Origin: a virus
Taxonomy: Duplodnaviria > Caudoviricetes
Virus record (IMG/VR): IMGVR_UViG_3300027976_000072
Span: 1-44,433 of that record
Reading direction: 5' to 3' (one strand)
DNA: 44,433 nucleotides
A program made the translations under genes and the position numbers. Shown in pieces: positions 6,873 through 15,869 of this stretch; positions within the stretch are counted from its first letter, which is position 1; every line of letters starts with the position of its first letter. The notes beneath the pieces were generated by a model. It worked only from the letters and a program-made list of their open reading frames with translations. It was not told the origin of the DNA and searched no databases.

Positions 6873-9276
6873 ACAATCCACATCAATAGTAGCCAACTTA
6901 GGCTTTCCTCCTCAAAAATTAAACGAGGCCAGTAAAGGAGATGCTTGGCATAAAAAGCATTTAGATTATGCGGAGTCTTTTGTAGTTTATAGTTCTTCAG
7001 ATGAAGATTATGAAAACATGAATGAGAACTATAATCTTCGTGTTAATGTTATAGATGTAAACAAATATGTTACCCAGTTAGACCCAAATAAAATGGGCAT
7101 GGATAAGTTCCCGGCTAAGTTTAAGCACGTAGGAATTGGAAATGCAAAGATCAATTTGCTATTAGGTGACTATGCAGGAATGGACAAAGACTTCAGGGCT
7201 TATGTGTCTAACAACGATTCTATAGGAATTGATAATAAAACAGATGAGCTTAAGAAAAAACTCCTCATTAAGATAGATTCTTTGGTTACTAATCAAGAGA
7301 TGCCAGAAGAGCAACTTCAAGAGGAATTAAAGAAATTGCAAGAATGGGCTAAGTACTCTTTTCAATCTATAGGAGAGAAAGTCGCTAATGCTATTCTCAA
7401 AAAAGAATTCATGGAGCATAACTATGAATTTGTTTTTTCTACAACTTTTGAAGATTTACTAGTTTCCGGAAGAGCCATAATGCTAGTAGACATAGTAGGT
7501 AAAAAACCTATTATGGAAAGGCTTCATCCTATGAATGTAAAGTCTATAGGAACTACAGACAGCATGTATCTCCATGAGAAAGATATTATCCTGATTACAG
7601 AATATATGTCTACTGGTAAAATACATGATAGATATTGGGATAAACTTAAAGAAGCCGAAGTTTCCAAATTAGAAAAAACTCCTCACTTAGGCCTTAGCTC
7701 AGGGAATCCTCATGATATAAATGGCGGAATGACTCTGCTTACAAATTCTGAAATAGGAAGTTCAGTAGAAGCTAATGTCATTCAAATGCTTAGCAAAGAT
7801 GAATATCGTAGTGCTAGTCATAATAATTCAGATAGAAATGCTCTAGGAGAATGGAGAGTAATTACAATTTTCTGGAAATCAAAAAGGAAAGTTGGGGAAC
7901 GTACATCGATAGACCCAGATACGGGCGATGAAAAGATAGACTACGTGAATGAACACTACGTAGCAGATACAGTTAGAGGAGAGACTGTAGATTGGAAATG
8001 GATTTCTGAGTGGAGAAAAGCAGAACGTATTGGCAAAGATATTGATCTCTATCATGGTCCAGTAGAGCATTCAAGCAAAAGTTTAACAAACATCTCTTAT
8101 GGTTTACCGCCTATTATAGGAATTACAGCATCTACTAATTCTTATAAAATACAATCTTTGTCGGATATCATAAAGCCTTTTGATATAGCTTATGATATTG
8201 GTTTTTGGAAAAGAGAACTACAAGTAGCTACTTATAAAGGTAAGGCAACTGCAGTAAACCCTTCAATGATACCAGCAGGATGGGACCCTCAGAAATTTTT
8301 GCACTTTGCTGAAATTGATAAAGTATTATTCCTCGACCCTACACAAGAAATTCTTAAAGGCCCTAACCAAGGAAAATCTGCGGGAATGTTCAACACGTTC
8401 TTTACTCAAGAAGTAAGCCTAGGTTCTGATGCAGAGTCTATTCAAATGCTTTCTAGATATCTTGAATCTATAGAATACACAATGGGAAAAATCTCAGGTA
8501 TTCATGGAGCTAGGGAAGGAGAAATAGGACAACGTACAGCTGTAAGAAATGCACAATCTGAATTAGAACAATTCTCTAAAATTACAGAAAAATGGTTTGT
8601 TATAGATAATCAGTTTAGGAGACTAGTAATTAAAAAGTTCCTAGAGGTCTGTAAGATAGCTTATTATAATACCCCTGAACGAGGGATGTATCTACTAAAC
8701 GAAATTGGGCAAGAATATATTAAAATCACAAAAGACTTCACTTTTGCAGAATACGATATACATATCCCTTCTTCTAAAATCAGTAAGAAACTATTTGATG
8801 AGTTGAAAGAGCTTGGGCATGCTGCAATGCAAAACGGCCAAGCTACTATGGAACACATGGCACAAATGCTTCTTACAGATTCTGCAGCTGAAAGAATACA
8901 ATTGCTTAAACAAGGAGCTAAGCAAATTCAAGAACAACAAGCTCAACAGCAACAAGCAGCTCTTGCTTCTGCAGAAAAGATAGCGCAGTTAGAATTTGAA
9001 AAGTTTACTAAAGAATTAGAAAACAATATAGAAGTAGCTCTTATTAATGCCGAGTCTAGAGATAGAGATTCTATAAGGAAATCTGCTCCCCAAGAAATAC
9101 AACAACAAGAAAATGATAATGCACCAAATTCTTTAGATGTAAGAAAAGTTGAACAAGCAGATAGACATCATACAAATAAAATAAGTCTAGAAAAAGAAAA
9201 ACTTGCTGAACAAAAACGTAAAAATTTAGAAGATGAAGCTATAAAACGTAAACAAAAGCAAGCGCCTAAAAAATAA
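6856..9276 (+). CDS. Portal protein (crAss-like)
   Basis: 806 aa after TerL; FPPQKL...KGDAW start, FEDLLVSG, ISGI...REGEI, Q-rich coiled-coil tail. Confidence 0.92.
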   Translation: MSKYTEQSTSIVANLGFPPQKLNEASKGDAWHKKHLDYAESFVVYSSSDEDYENMNENYNLRVNVIDVNKYVTQLDPNKMGMDKFPAKFKHVGIGNAKINLLLGDYAGMDKDFRAYVSNNDSIGIDNKTDELKKKLLIKIDSLVTNQEMPEEQLQEELKKLQEWAKYSFQSIGEKVANAILKKEFMEHNYEFVFSTTFEDLLVSGRAIMLVDIVGKKPIMERLHPMNVKSIGTTDSMYLHEKDIILITEYMSTGKIHDRYWDKLKEAEVSKLEKTPHLGLSSGNPHDINGGMTLLTNSEIGSSVEANVIQMLSKDEYRSASHNNSDRNALGEWRVITIFWKSKRKVGERTSIDPDTGDEKIDYVNEHYVADTVRGETVDWKWISEWRKAERIGKDIDLYHGPVEHSSKSLTNISYGLPPIIGITASTNSYKIQSLSDIIKPFDIAYDIGFWKRELQVATYKGKATAVNPSMIPAGWDPQKFLHFAEIDKVLFLDPTQEILKGPNQGKSAGMFNTFFTQEVSLGSDAESIQMLSRYLESIEYTMGKISGIHGAREGEIGQRTAVRNAQSELEQFSKITEKWFVIDNQFRRLVIKKFLEVCKIAYYNTPERGMYLLNEIGQEYIKITKDFTFAEYDIHIPSSKISKKLFDELKELGHAAMQNGQATMEHMAQMLLTDSAAERIQLLKQGAKQIQEQQAQQQQAALASAEKIAQLEFEKFTKELENNIEVALINAESRDRDSIRKSAPQEIQQQENDNAPNSLDVRKVEQADRHHTNKISLEKEKLAEQKRKNLEDEAIKRKQKQAPKK

Positions 9277-9363
9277 AAATAAAAGAAACAACTATTAGCC
9301 ACATTAAAAATATGTAGTTTTATGTAACTTTTATGAAAAATAAACAGTTAAAATAAAGAGAAA

Positions 9364-10494
9364 ATGATAAAGCCACTAGGAATAGAAATAATTACTCCTG
9401 ATTCAGAGAGAGGAAAGGAAATATTTAACAAATCAGAGTCAGAGACTCTAGACGTTATTTTTGATTTTAAAACCTCTGATGAAGAGGAAGAAGATGATAG
9501 TGAAAAAGAGGTTGAAGATAACAACCCTTTTGAAAGTATCATAAGTGCAAATAAGCCTTCTGATAAAAATACAGACAACTTAGGCAAGACAAATCCTCTG
9601 TACAGATTTGCAAAAACCCTTTATGATGAAGGATTAATTGAACTAGAAGAAGATGAAGATCTTACAAAGTTTGATACAAAACAATTTAAAGACAGAATTT
9701 CTGAAGCTATTGACAAAAAAGGCGAAGAAAAGAAAGAAGAGTATGTCAAGAACTTCTCAGGTGCCCGTAAGGTTTTCCTAGGCATAGCAGATTATTTTGA
9801 TGATGAAACAGAAGCTATTCAGGTCTCAAAAGACCTTGATCTTTTAGAAAGGATTACTGATGAGACTATCGAAGAAGATGAAAAGCTTGCTGAATTTATA
9901 GTTGCTAAAACACTTGCTAGTAAAAATTTCTCTAGGAAAGATTCTGAAAAGATGATTGAAGATCTTAAAGATCTAGGGAAATTAACAGAACGTGCAGTAG
10001 AATTCCGTCCAGGATTGAAAACTACACTTGATAATTATGTGGCTTCTAAAAAGACACAAAGAGCACAGCTTAAAGCTTTAAAAGAAAAGCAAGATACAGA
10101 TTACTATAATGATCTCTTTTCTGCTATAGATGAATCAGAAGAAATTCTCCCTGGTCTTAAAATGACAGAAAGAACTAAAAAACTTCTGAAAGAAAAAATG
10201 ATGAACCCAGTATACACTGACGAAAAAGGTCGTGCATATAACGATTTGGGTTACAAACAAAAACAACATCCTAAAGAATTCAATCTTGCGATTGAAATGC
10301 TTAACAGCTTAGGATTATTTGAATTCGATAAAAAAGGTGGCTACAGTCCAGATCTAAGTAAGATCTCAAAACTAGTAGAAACCAAAGTCAAAACTTCCGT
10401 AGACAAACTAGTTACTGATGAACAACAAATTTCAAGGTCATCTTCTAGTGCAAGTACAATGTTAGAAGAACTTAAAAGGGCTATGGGAAGTTAA
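9364..10494 (+). CDS. Acidic scaffold-like protein between portal and major capsid protein
   Basis: Very D/E/K-rich helical 376 aa in the conserved crAss-like position. Confidence 0.75.
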   Translation: MIKPLGIEIITPDSERGKEIFNKSESETLDVIFDFKTSDEEEEDDSEKEVEDNNPFESIISANKPSDKNTDNLGKTNPLYRFAKTLYDEGLIELEEDEDLTKFDTKQFKDRISEAIDKKGEEKKEEYVKNFSGARKVFLGIADYFDDETEAIQVSKDLDLLERITDETIEEDEKLAEFIVAKTLASKNFSRKDSEKMIEDLKDLGKLTERAVEFRPGLKTTLDNYVASKKTQRAQLKALKEKQDTDYYNDLFSAIDESEEILPGLKMTERTKKLLKEKMMNPVYTDEKGRAYNDLGYKQKQHPKEFNLAIEMLNSLGLFEFDKKGGYSPDLSKISKLVETKVKTSVDKLVTDEQQISRSSSSASTMLEELKRAMGS

Positions 10495-10520
10495 AAATAA
10501 AATAAAACAAATAACATATA

Positions 10521-12056
10521 ATGCAGAATCTATTTAAAAACCAAGTATACCAGGCCAAAGATATGAAGGCCTCGTTGCTACACAGCAACCATTTGTTCTC
10601 TATGTACCAACAGGAGCCACAGTTGCTATCACGATTTATTCGTCAACTAAGCCAGATGTACTTGAAAAGGTCTGCTGTCAATTTCGTTGAACAATTTGAA
10701 GTTATGGAGGTAGAGCAAGAAGAAGGCTTTTACCAATGGCTTGTCAAAGGGCAAGAAAACAAAAATGTCCCTTTGAAAGATGCTGAAACCCTAGATGGTG
10801 GAACTGTTTCTGGTAATACTTTCCCAGTAGCATATGGCTCTAACAGAGCACGTATCATCCTTGTATTCAATGAGCCTTTCTTCTCTAACACAGAAATTAT
10901 TAAAGGTGAAACTGATGATTATCACTTCCTTATTAAGCGTAGCTATGAAGAAGGTGGTCAGTACAAATACGAGACAGAACTTGTAAACGATGACCTAGAA
11001 ATTGCAGTTCCTCTTGAGGACCTTGCAATTGGAAAGCGTTTTGCAAAACTGTATGGTGCTGTACCAGGAACACTTTCTTATGAAGGTGCTCAGACTTGGT
11101 TCACTTCTCCTTTTAAAATGCAAAATAGACCAACAATGGTACGTGGAGAATTCCAAGTAGCAGGTTCCATGATTGAAAAAGGAATCAATGAGCCATTGTT
11201 GTTCCCGTTTTCTTTGAATGGTAAGACATATGAAGTATGGGTCAACTATATCGAAATGTTGGTGAAAGCTCAGGTTGATGAAATGGAAGCAATGGCTTCT
11301 CTATATGGTAAAAAGAACTGGAGTAATACCGGTCAAATATTGAACCTTGACGATAAGACCAAGTTTGAAATTACTACTGGAGCTGGATTCTTCGATCAAA
11401 TTGCCCCAGGTAATCAACATAAGTATAACACTTTTGATATTACTCACCTTTGTGAAATGGCCCTTGATATGTCTATCGGACGTATCCCAAGAGATGGAAA
11501 AGGCCGTCATCTTCACATCCTAACAGGAGAAAGAGGAGCAATGGAGATAGCTAAGTCTATCGATCAAAAGCAGTCTACTTCTAAGTTCTACGTTACTAAC
11601 CAGTCAGCTGCTAATGAAGCAGGAATGTCTGTTGGTAAAGGTGCACCTGGAAATATTGGACATGCAAATTCTCTGAAGTATGGTAGCCAGTTCACTGAAT
11701 ATCACTACTACAACGGAGTAAGGCTTACAGTTGAAATCCTTGATTTCTTGGATGATGATGTAACTTTCCCATCTAAGCATCCACTTGGAATGGGTAATGC
11801 AGAATCTCACCGTATGATCGTTATGGGTCTAGGGGAAGATTCTGGTATCAAAAGGATCAAAGTTAAAGGTCGTAATGATATCGTCCGAGTAATCCCTGGA
11901 CTACGTGATCCTTATACTCCTGGAGGAAAAGGATCAACTTCTCCAACACATGCATCTTCTAAACTTGATGGTTATGAAGTAGTTTGTGCTAAGTGGGGCG
12001 GTCTAAACATTGAGGATCCAACCAAGGTTCTTGATTGGCAGTTGAACATTGCCTAA
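10521..12056 (+). CDS. Major capsid protein (crAss-like, HK97 fold)
   Basis: 511 aa; SNHL, YQW, GAGFFDQI, LTGERG, QFTEY, ESHRM, PGLRDPY motifs; followed by a strong hairpin. Confidence 0.93.
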   Translation: MQNLFKNQVYQAKDMKASLLHSNHLFSMYQQEPQLLSRFIRQLSQMYLKRSAVNFVEQFEVMEVEQEEGFYQWLVKGQENKNVPLKDAETLDGGTVSGNTFPVAYGSNRARIILVFNEPFFSNTEIIKGETDDYHFLIKRSYEEGGQYKYETELVNDDLEIAVPLEDLAIGKRFAKLYGAVPGTLSYEGAQTWFTSPFKMQNRPTMVRGEFQVAGSMIEKGINEPLLFPFSLNGKTYEVWVNYIEMLVKAQVDEMEAMASLYGKKNWSNTGQILNLDDKTKFEITTGAGFFDQIAPGNQHKYNTFDITHLCEMALDMSIGRIPRDGKGRHLHILTGERGAMEIAKSIDQKQSTSKFYVTNQSAANEAGMSVGKGAPGNIGHANSLKYGSQFTEYHYYNGVRLTVEILDFLDDDVTFPSKHPLGMGNAESHRMIVMGLGEDSGIKRIKVKGRNDIVRVIPGLRDPYTPGGKGSTSPTHASSKLDGYEVVCAKWGGLNIEDPTKVLDWQLNIA

Positions 12057-12063
12057 TTAATTT

Positions 12064-12110
12064 ACAAGCAAAAAGGGGAAGTATAACTGCTTCCCCTTAA
12101 TGCTTGTTTT
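12064..12110 (+). terminator. Intrinsic terminator/processing hairpin after the capsid gene
   Basis: ACAAGCA..AAGGGGAAG-loop-CTTCCCCTT..TGCTTGT then TTT. Confidence 0.8.
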
Positions 12111-12127
12111 ACAACAATAAATTTTAA

Positions 12128-12259
12128 ATGGAGGGTAAATCAGCATTACAAGAAGCGTTAGAAAAACGTGACAAAGAAAGACAAGAAAAAATAGATGCAG
12201 GAGAACTTGAGGTCTGTAATATAGAAAACCCAGATGATTGTGACAGCTGCGGAGCTTAA
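12128..12259 (+). CDS. 43-aa protein ending in C-x7-C-x2-C-G-A; not in the ORF track
   Basis: Hand translation MEGKSALQEALEKRDKERQEKIDAGELEVCNIENPDDCDSCGA; fills the gap between the hairpin and 12287. Confidence 0.75.
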   Translation: MEGKSALQEALEKRDKERQEKIDAGELEVCNIENPDDCDSCGA

Positions 12260-12286
12260 TTAAAAAACAAAGAAAAACAAATTAAA

Positions 12287-13204
12287 ATGAGTGAAAACGT
12301 AAACAATCCATATCTTGAAAATAGAGTGGTAGAAGTAAAACCAGTACAAGCTGGTAAAAAATGGAACAAACTTTTGGTGAATGCTGCTGAAAAAGCAAAA
12401 GATCCACATTTGTTTAAAGGCACTGCAAAAGTGTATTCTGTTCCAAGACGTTCTTTTGAACAAGGTGGGTCACTAGTAGAAGTACTAGACTCTACTGAAA
12501 GAAAAATGGTTCCTGAGTATAATAAAGAAATGACTGAAAGAGAGTATTTTGAAGCTGTACTAAATGCAGATTTGAATATTCATTCTAGCGCTAGTTTCTT
12601 TTGGCAAGAAGATAAAAGAGGGAAGATCAGTATTGATGAAGAAGGTAGAACCCTTAACCTCAGAGACCCTTTGCATATGTTAAACTACAAAGTAGCTTTA
12701 GCTAATAAAAAATATATTGCGTCTTCCCCAGAAGAGTACCACGCTTTTAAAAGGCCTACACAAGAATTTGTAATCACAGATATCTCTAGAGAAAGAGATA
12801 GGCTTGTAGAGAAAAATCTTGAAAGAGGTAAGCAATACGCAGAGTTTATTAAGAAGTTTGAAAGCAAACAAAAAATGCTTGACTTCCTTCTTGTAGCAGG
12901 AATCAGAGTAGCTAAGAATCAAGACATGAAACAGATTCAGGCTTCTTACACAGAGCTTTTTGATAAGAGTCCTAAGCTATTTATAGAAATGACTAAGGAC
13001 CCATACTATGAAGAAAAGCTTATGATTTCTAAAGCTGTACACTTAAGTCTTTTTATAAAGAGACATGATGTATACACTACAGATTCTGGCCAAGAAATTG
13101 GTAAAATTTCTGATGTTGTTACTTGGATTAATAACCCAGAGAACCAAGCTTCAGTAATCAGAATAAAGTCTCAAATAGAAAACCAGTTTGAACAAGAGAT
13201 ATGA
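12287..13204 (+). CDS. Conserved crAss-like protein following the capsid gene, function unknown
   Basis: 305 aa, strong A-rich leader, ATGA overlap with the next gene; call by synteny. Confidence 0.75.
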   Translation: MSENVNNPYLENRVVEVKPVQAGKKWNKLLVNAAEKAKDPHLFKGTAKVYSVPRRSFEQGGSLVEVLDSTERKMVPEYNKEMTEREYFEAVLNADLNIHSSASFFWQEDKRGKISIDEEGRTLNLRDPLHMLNYKVALANKKYIASSPEEYHAFKRPTQEFVITDISRERDRLVEKNLERGKQYAEFIKKFESKQKMLDFLLVAGIRVAKNQDMKQIQASYTELFDKSPKLFIEMTKDPYYEEKLMISKAVHLSLFIKRHDVYTTDSGQEIGKISDVVTWINNPENQASVIRIKSQIENQFEQEI

Positions 13205-13968
13205 CCTCTATAGAACAGGCAGATAATTTACTGTTTTTATTGAACAGAGCTAATGCAGGAGCTAGTTTTTCGTATAGCGATAAAAAACTATCCCAGGTTT
13301 TGACTATGGCGCAATGGCACTATATCTACAGCTTTGTAAATAAAAAATCTAATGCAGGAATGTCTGGTCTAGAGGAAACAGAAATAAGGGGTCAGGGCCT
13401 TTCCAATTTAATGCGACAGGCCCTAGACTTACCTTCTTATACTCCACAAAGTATGTATGAAAACAGCAGAGTTTTCGACTTGCCTGAAGACTTTATGTGG
13501 GCTATAGATGAAACGGTTCTTCTTTCTAACAAAGATTGCGAAGATGTTAGGGCTCTTGTTATTCCTGTCAGACATGATGAGGTAGCAAGAAACATACGTA
13601 ACATTTATAAAAAGCCTGTAATAAATGCTGTTGATGCCAGAGTTTGGAGAATCTACCATAACTATAAAGAATATATCCCAGTAATATATCATCCTTTAGA
13701 TGATGTAGAAAAGACTTCAAAGACTACAAAAATTAATCGTCACGAACTGATACTGCCTGTTGAAACAACAAATACAAAATATTCTTTAAGATATTTGAAA
13801 CTTCCTGAGAGTATTATCGTAGACAAAAATGTGGGGAGCAATAATGTAGATTGTGAACTAGACCCCCAGGTTCATCAAACAATCGTAGAAATAGCTAGAG
13901 ATATAATGTTAGATACTGTGAAAGAACAAAAATCGCAGTCTACTGTAGATCTGGAAAATTTAGAATAA
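13201..13968 (+). CDS. Head-tail ring/adaptor protein
   Basis: LTMAQ, NIYKKP, LRYLKLP..I, CELDPQVHQTIVEIA pattern of crAss ring proteins. Confidence 0.75.
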   Translation: MTSIEQADNLLFLLNRANAGASFSYSDKKLSQVLTMAQWHYIYSFVNKKSNAGMSGLEETEIRGQGLSNLMRQALDLPSYTPQSMYENSRVFDLPEDFMWAIDETVLLSNKDCEDVRALVIPVRHDEVARNIRNIYKKPVINAVDARVWRIYHNYKEYIPVIYHPLDDVEKTSKTTKINRHELILPVETTNTKYSLRYLKLPESIIVDKNVGSNNVDCELDPQVHQTIVEIARDIMLDTVKEQKSQSTVDLENLE

Positions 13969-14007
13969 TTAACAATACATTTTTTAACTCATAATTTATA
14001 ATTTATC

Positions 14008-15249
14008 ATGCTTAGATTAGCAAATAATAAACATCAGGCTTTCATCGGAAAGACTGGTATAGTATACGGTGGAAGTACTGCAAATCCAGCAACTGCTCTT
14101 ACTGCTGGAACAGTCGTAACAAAAGACAACCTTGCAGATGGTGCAATCGCTGTCGTAACTCTTGGTAACAAGTTTCTCGAAAACAATGCGGCTCTTATTG
14201 CAGTAGATCGTTACAAAATAGTACAAGGACGAGGTGCAAGCAATCCTCTTTCTGTAACTGCCATTGTAAATAGAGCAAATACTGTCGCTAGTGCTAAAAG
14301 AAATGCTCCGGCAGTTCAGCAAGTGACAACTATTAGCTCTTTTACAGATGCTCTTACAGAAGATAGCTCTTCTTATTTTATCATCATTGAAAAACAAGAC
14401 AATGATGCTTCTCACAGACAAGGTTATTGGCCTTCTATTACTGGGCAGTTCAAAACAGATGCTAGTGCAACTGGTGCAGAACTTTCTCAAGGACTTGGAA
14501 GCGCTCTTTTTCAAAACACTTTGTTTGAAGCAGGAGATACTAAATATGTACGTGTTACTGTAACTTCCAACGGAACAGCAGGAGCTGATGTTGCAGATAC
14601 AGTTGTTGCTACAAGAAACAGCAAAAGTGTTGAAACAGCTGCTACTGCAGCTGAACTAACAACTGCTGAAATTGTTGCAGGAGCTGCTATTGAAATAGTA
14701 GGTGTTGGAGGTTTTTCAGATACTTATATCGTAGCTTCTACAGTAGATGGTGTAATTACTTTGACAACTGCTTACAGAGGAGACTCTGGTGCAGTGACTA
14801 CTGTTAAAGTTGTAGATACTCCTACTAGTTGGAGCATTGTTGTTCGAGGTGTACAACCTTCTTTCGATGTACTAAGGAATAGGGATTATGCTGTAAATCG
14901 TTTCAAAGTCAAAATTATGACTGGAGATGAAATGGCTCCTATGCCAGTAGTTAACACTACTAATGCTTATGAAGGCATCGGAACTTGGGAACAAGTTGCA
15001 ATGGACGAGTTTCTACATTGGGGATTCATTGGACAAGGGAGAGCTATCCTAGATACTCCTCCAGGTTCACGCCCTGCAGAAGTTGTGCAAGGTGCAGGTT
15101 ATGATACAATTTGCTTAGTAGAGACAAATACTATCCCAGGTATGACGTCTTCTTTTACAGCAGGTATTACCAACCTAATTTATGTGGACACTGCAGCTGA
15201 CCAACCTGGTTCAGCTATCGCTACACTATTTGGAGCAAGTTTCTCTTAA
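14008..15249 (+). CDS. Abundant structural protein, probably auxiliary capsid protein
   Basis: 413 aa, A/T/G/V-rich, AYEGIGTWEQVA motif, hairpin after the stop; synteny. Confidence 0.65.
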   Translation: MLRLANNKHQAFIGKTGIVYGGSTANPATALTAGTVVTKDNLADGAIAVVTLGNKFLENNAALIAVDRYKIVQGRGASNPLSVTAIVNRANTVASAKRNAPAVQQVTTISSFTDALTEDSSSYFIIIEKQDNDASHRQGYWPSITGQFKTDASATGAELSQGLGSALFQNTLFEAGDTKYVRVTVTSNGTAGADVADTVVATRNSKSVETAATAAELTTAEIVAGAAIEIVGVGGFSDTYIVASTVDGVITLTTAYRGDSGAVTTVKVVDTPTSWSIVVRGVQPSFDVLRNRDYAVNRFKVKIMTGDEMAPMPVVNTTNAYEGIGTWEQVAMDEFLHWGFIGQGRAILDTPPGSRPAEVVQGAGYDTICLVETNTIPGMTSSFTAGITNLIYVDTAADQPGSAIATLFGASFS

Positions 15250-15268
15250 GGTTCTTTCTCTGTTTTTC

Positions 15269-15312
15269 AACTGTCGGCAGGCTGGGTTTATCTCAGCCTG
15301 TTTGATAGTTTT
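15269..15312 (+). terminator. Intrinsic terminator-like hairpin
   Basis: CAGGCTGGG-TTTAT-CTCAGCCTG extended by AACTGTCGG/TTGATAGTT, then T's. Confidence 0.75.
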
Positions 15313-15332
15313 AATAAATTAATCGTAATAGC

Positions 15333-15824
15333 ATGAATACAAACCTGGTTAGAGTAGAAAATTTTTCGGATTTAAACAGTAAGATGGATTTATATTTATA
15401 TAAAACCAACAATACTAATCCTCAAATATATAAAATATCAATTCTTGATATCTTTTTCCCAGTAAGCCAAACTGAGATTGATTTTGGTTCTTTGCCAGTT
15501 GCTGAAATGGAGTTCACTATTTTGGATGCAAATGTAACAGCTACATCAAAGATAATAGCTTCGGTTGCTTACGATGCTCCGACAAATAAAGACCTTGATG
15601 AATTAGAAATGGATGATTTGCAAATAAAATGCGGGCAAGCAGCAGCAGGTTTATTCAAAATGTTTGTAAGGACAGCAGATGGAACATTGGTTTATCCTTT
15701 ACCACTAGAAGGCTTTGCTTTCAGTCTTGGAGTAGGTGCGACTATGACTTTGGGAGCGGATAATAATGACGCAACATCAACTGCAACTGCACCAGACTTT
15801 TCAGTATCTATAATTTCAACATAA
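15333..15824 (+). CDS. Small beta-rich putative virion decoration/fibre protein
   Basis: 163 aa in the structural block; no recognisable family. Confidence 0.6.
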   Translation: MNTNLVRVENFSDLNSKMDLYLYKTNNTNPQIYKISILDIFFPVSQTEIDFGSLPVAEMEFTILDANVTATSKIIASVAYDAPTNKDLDELEMDDLQIKCGQAAAGLFKMFVRTADGTLVYPLPLEGFAFSLGVGATMTLGADNNDATSTATAPDFSVSIIST

Positions 15825-15869
15825 ATTATACAGCCCAAAAAACACCAATAGTAAGCTAAACATACTTTA

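Noticed and set aside
9277-9363. Possible promoter TAACTTTT upstream of the scaffold-like gene
   Set aside because: Too weak to call in such AT-rich sequence
4674-12056. Introns or inteins in terL, portal or capsid genes
   Set aside because: ORFs uninterrupted and of ordinary size; no intein or homing endonuclease motifs seen
14017-14514. Long antisense ORFs (also 2521-2964, 26304-26765, 41314-41694 and others)
   Set aside because: Shadows of plus-strand genes with biased codon use; no independent support
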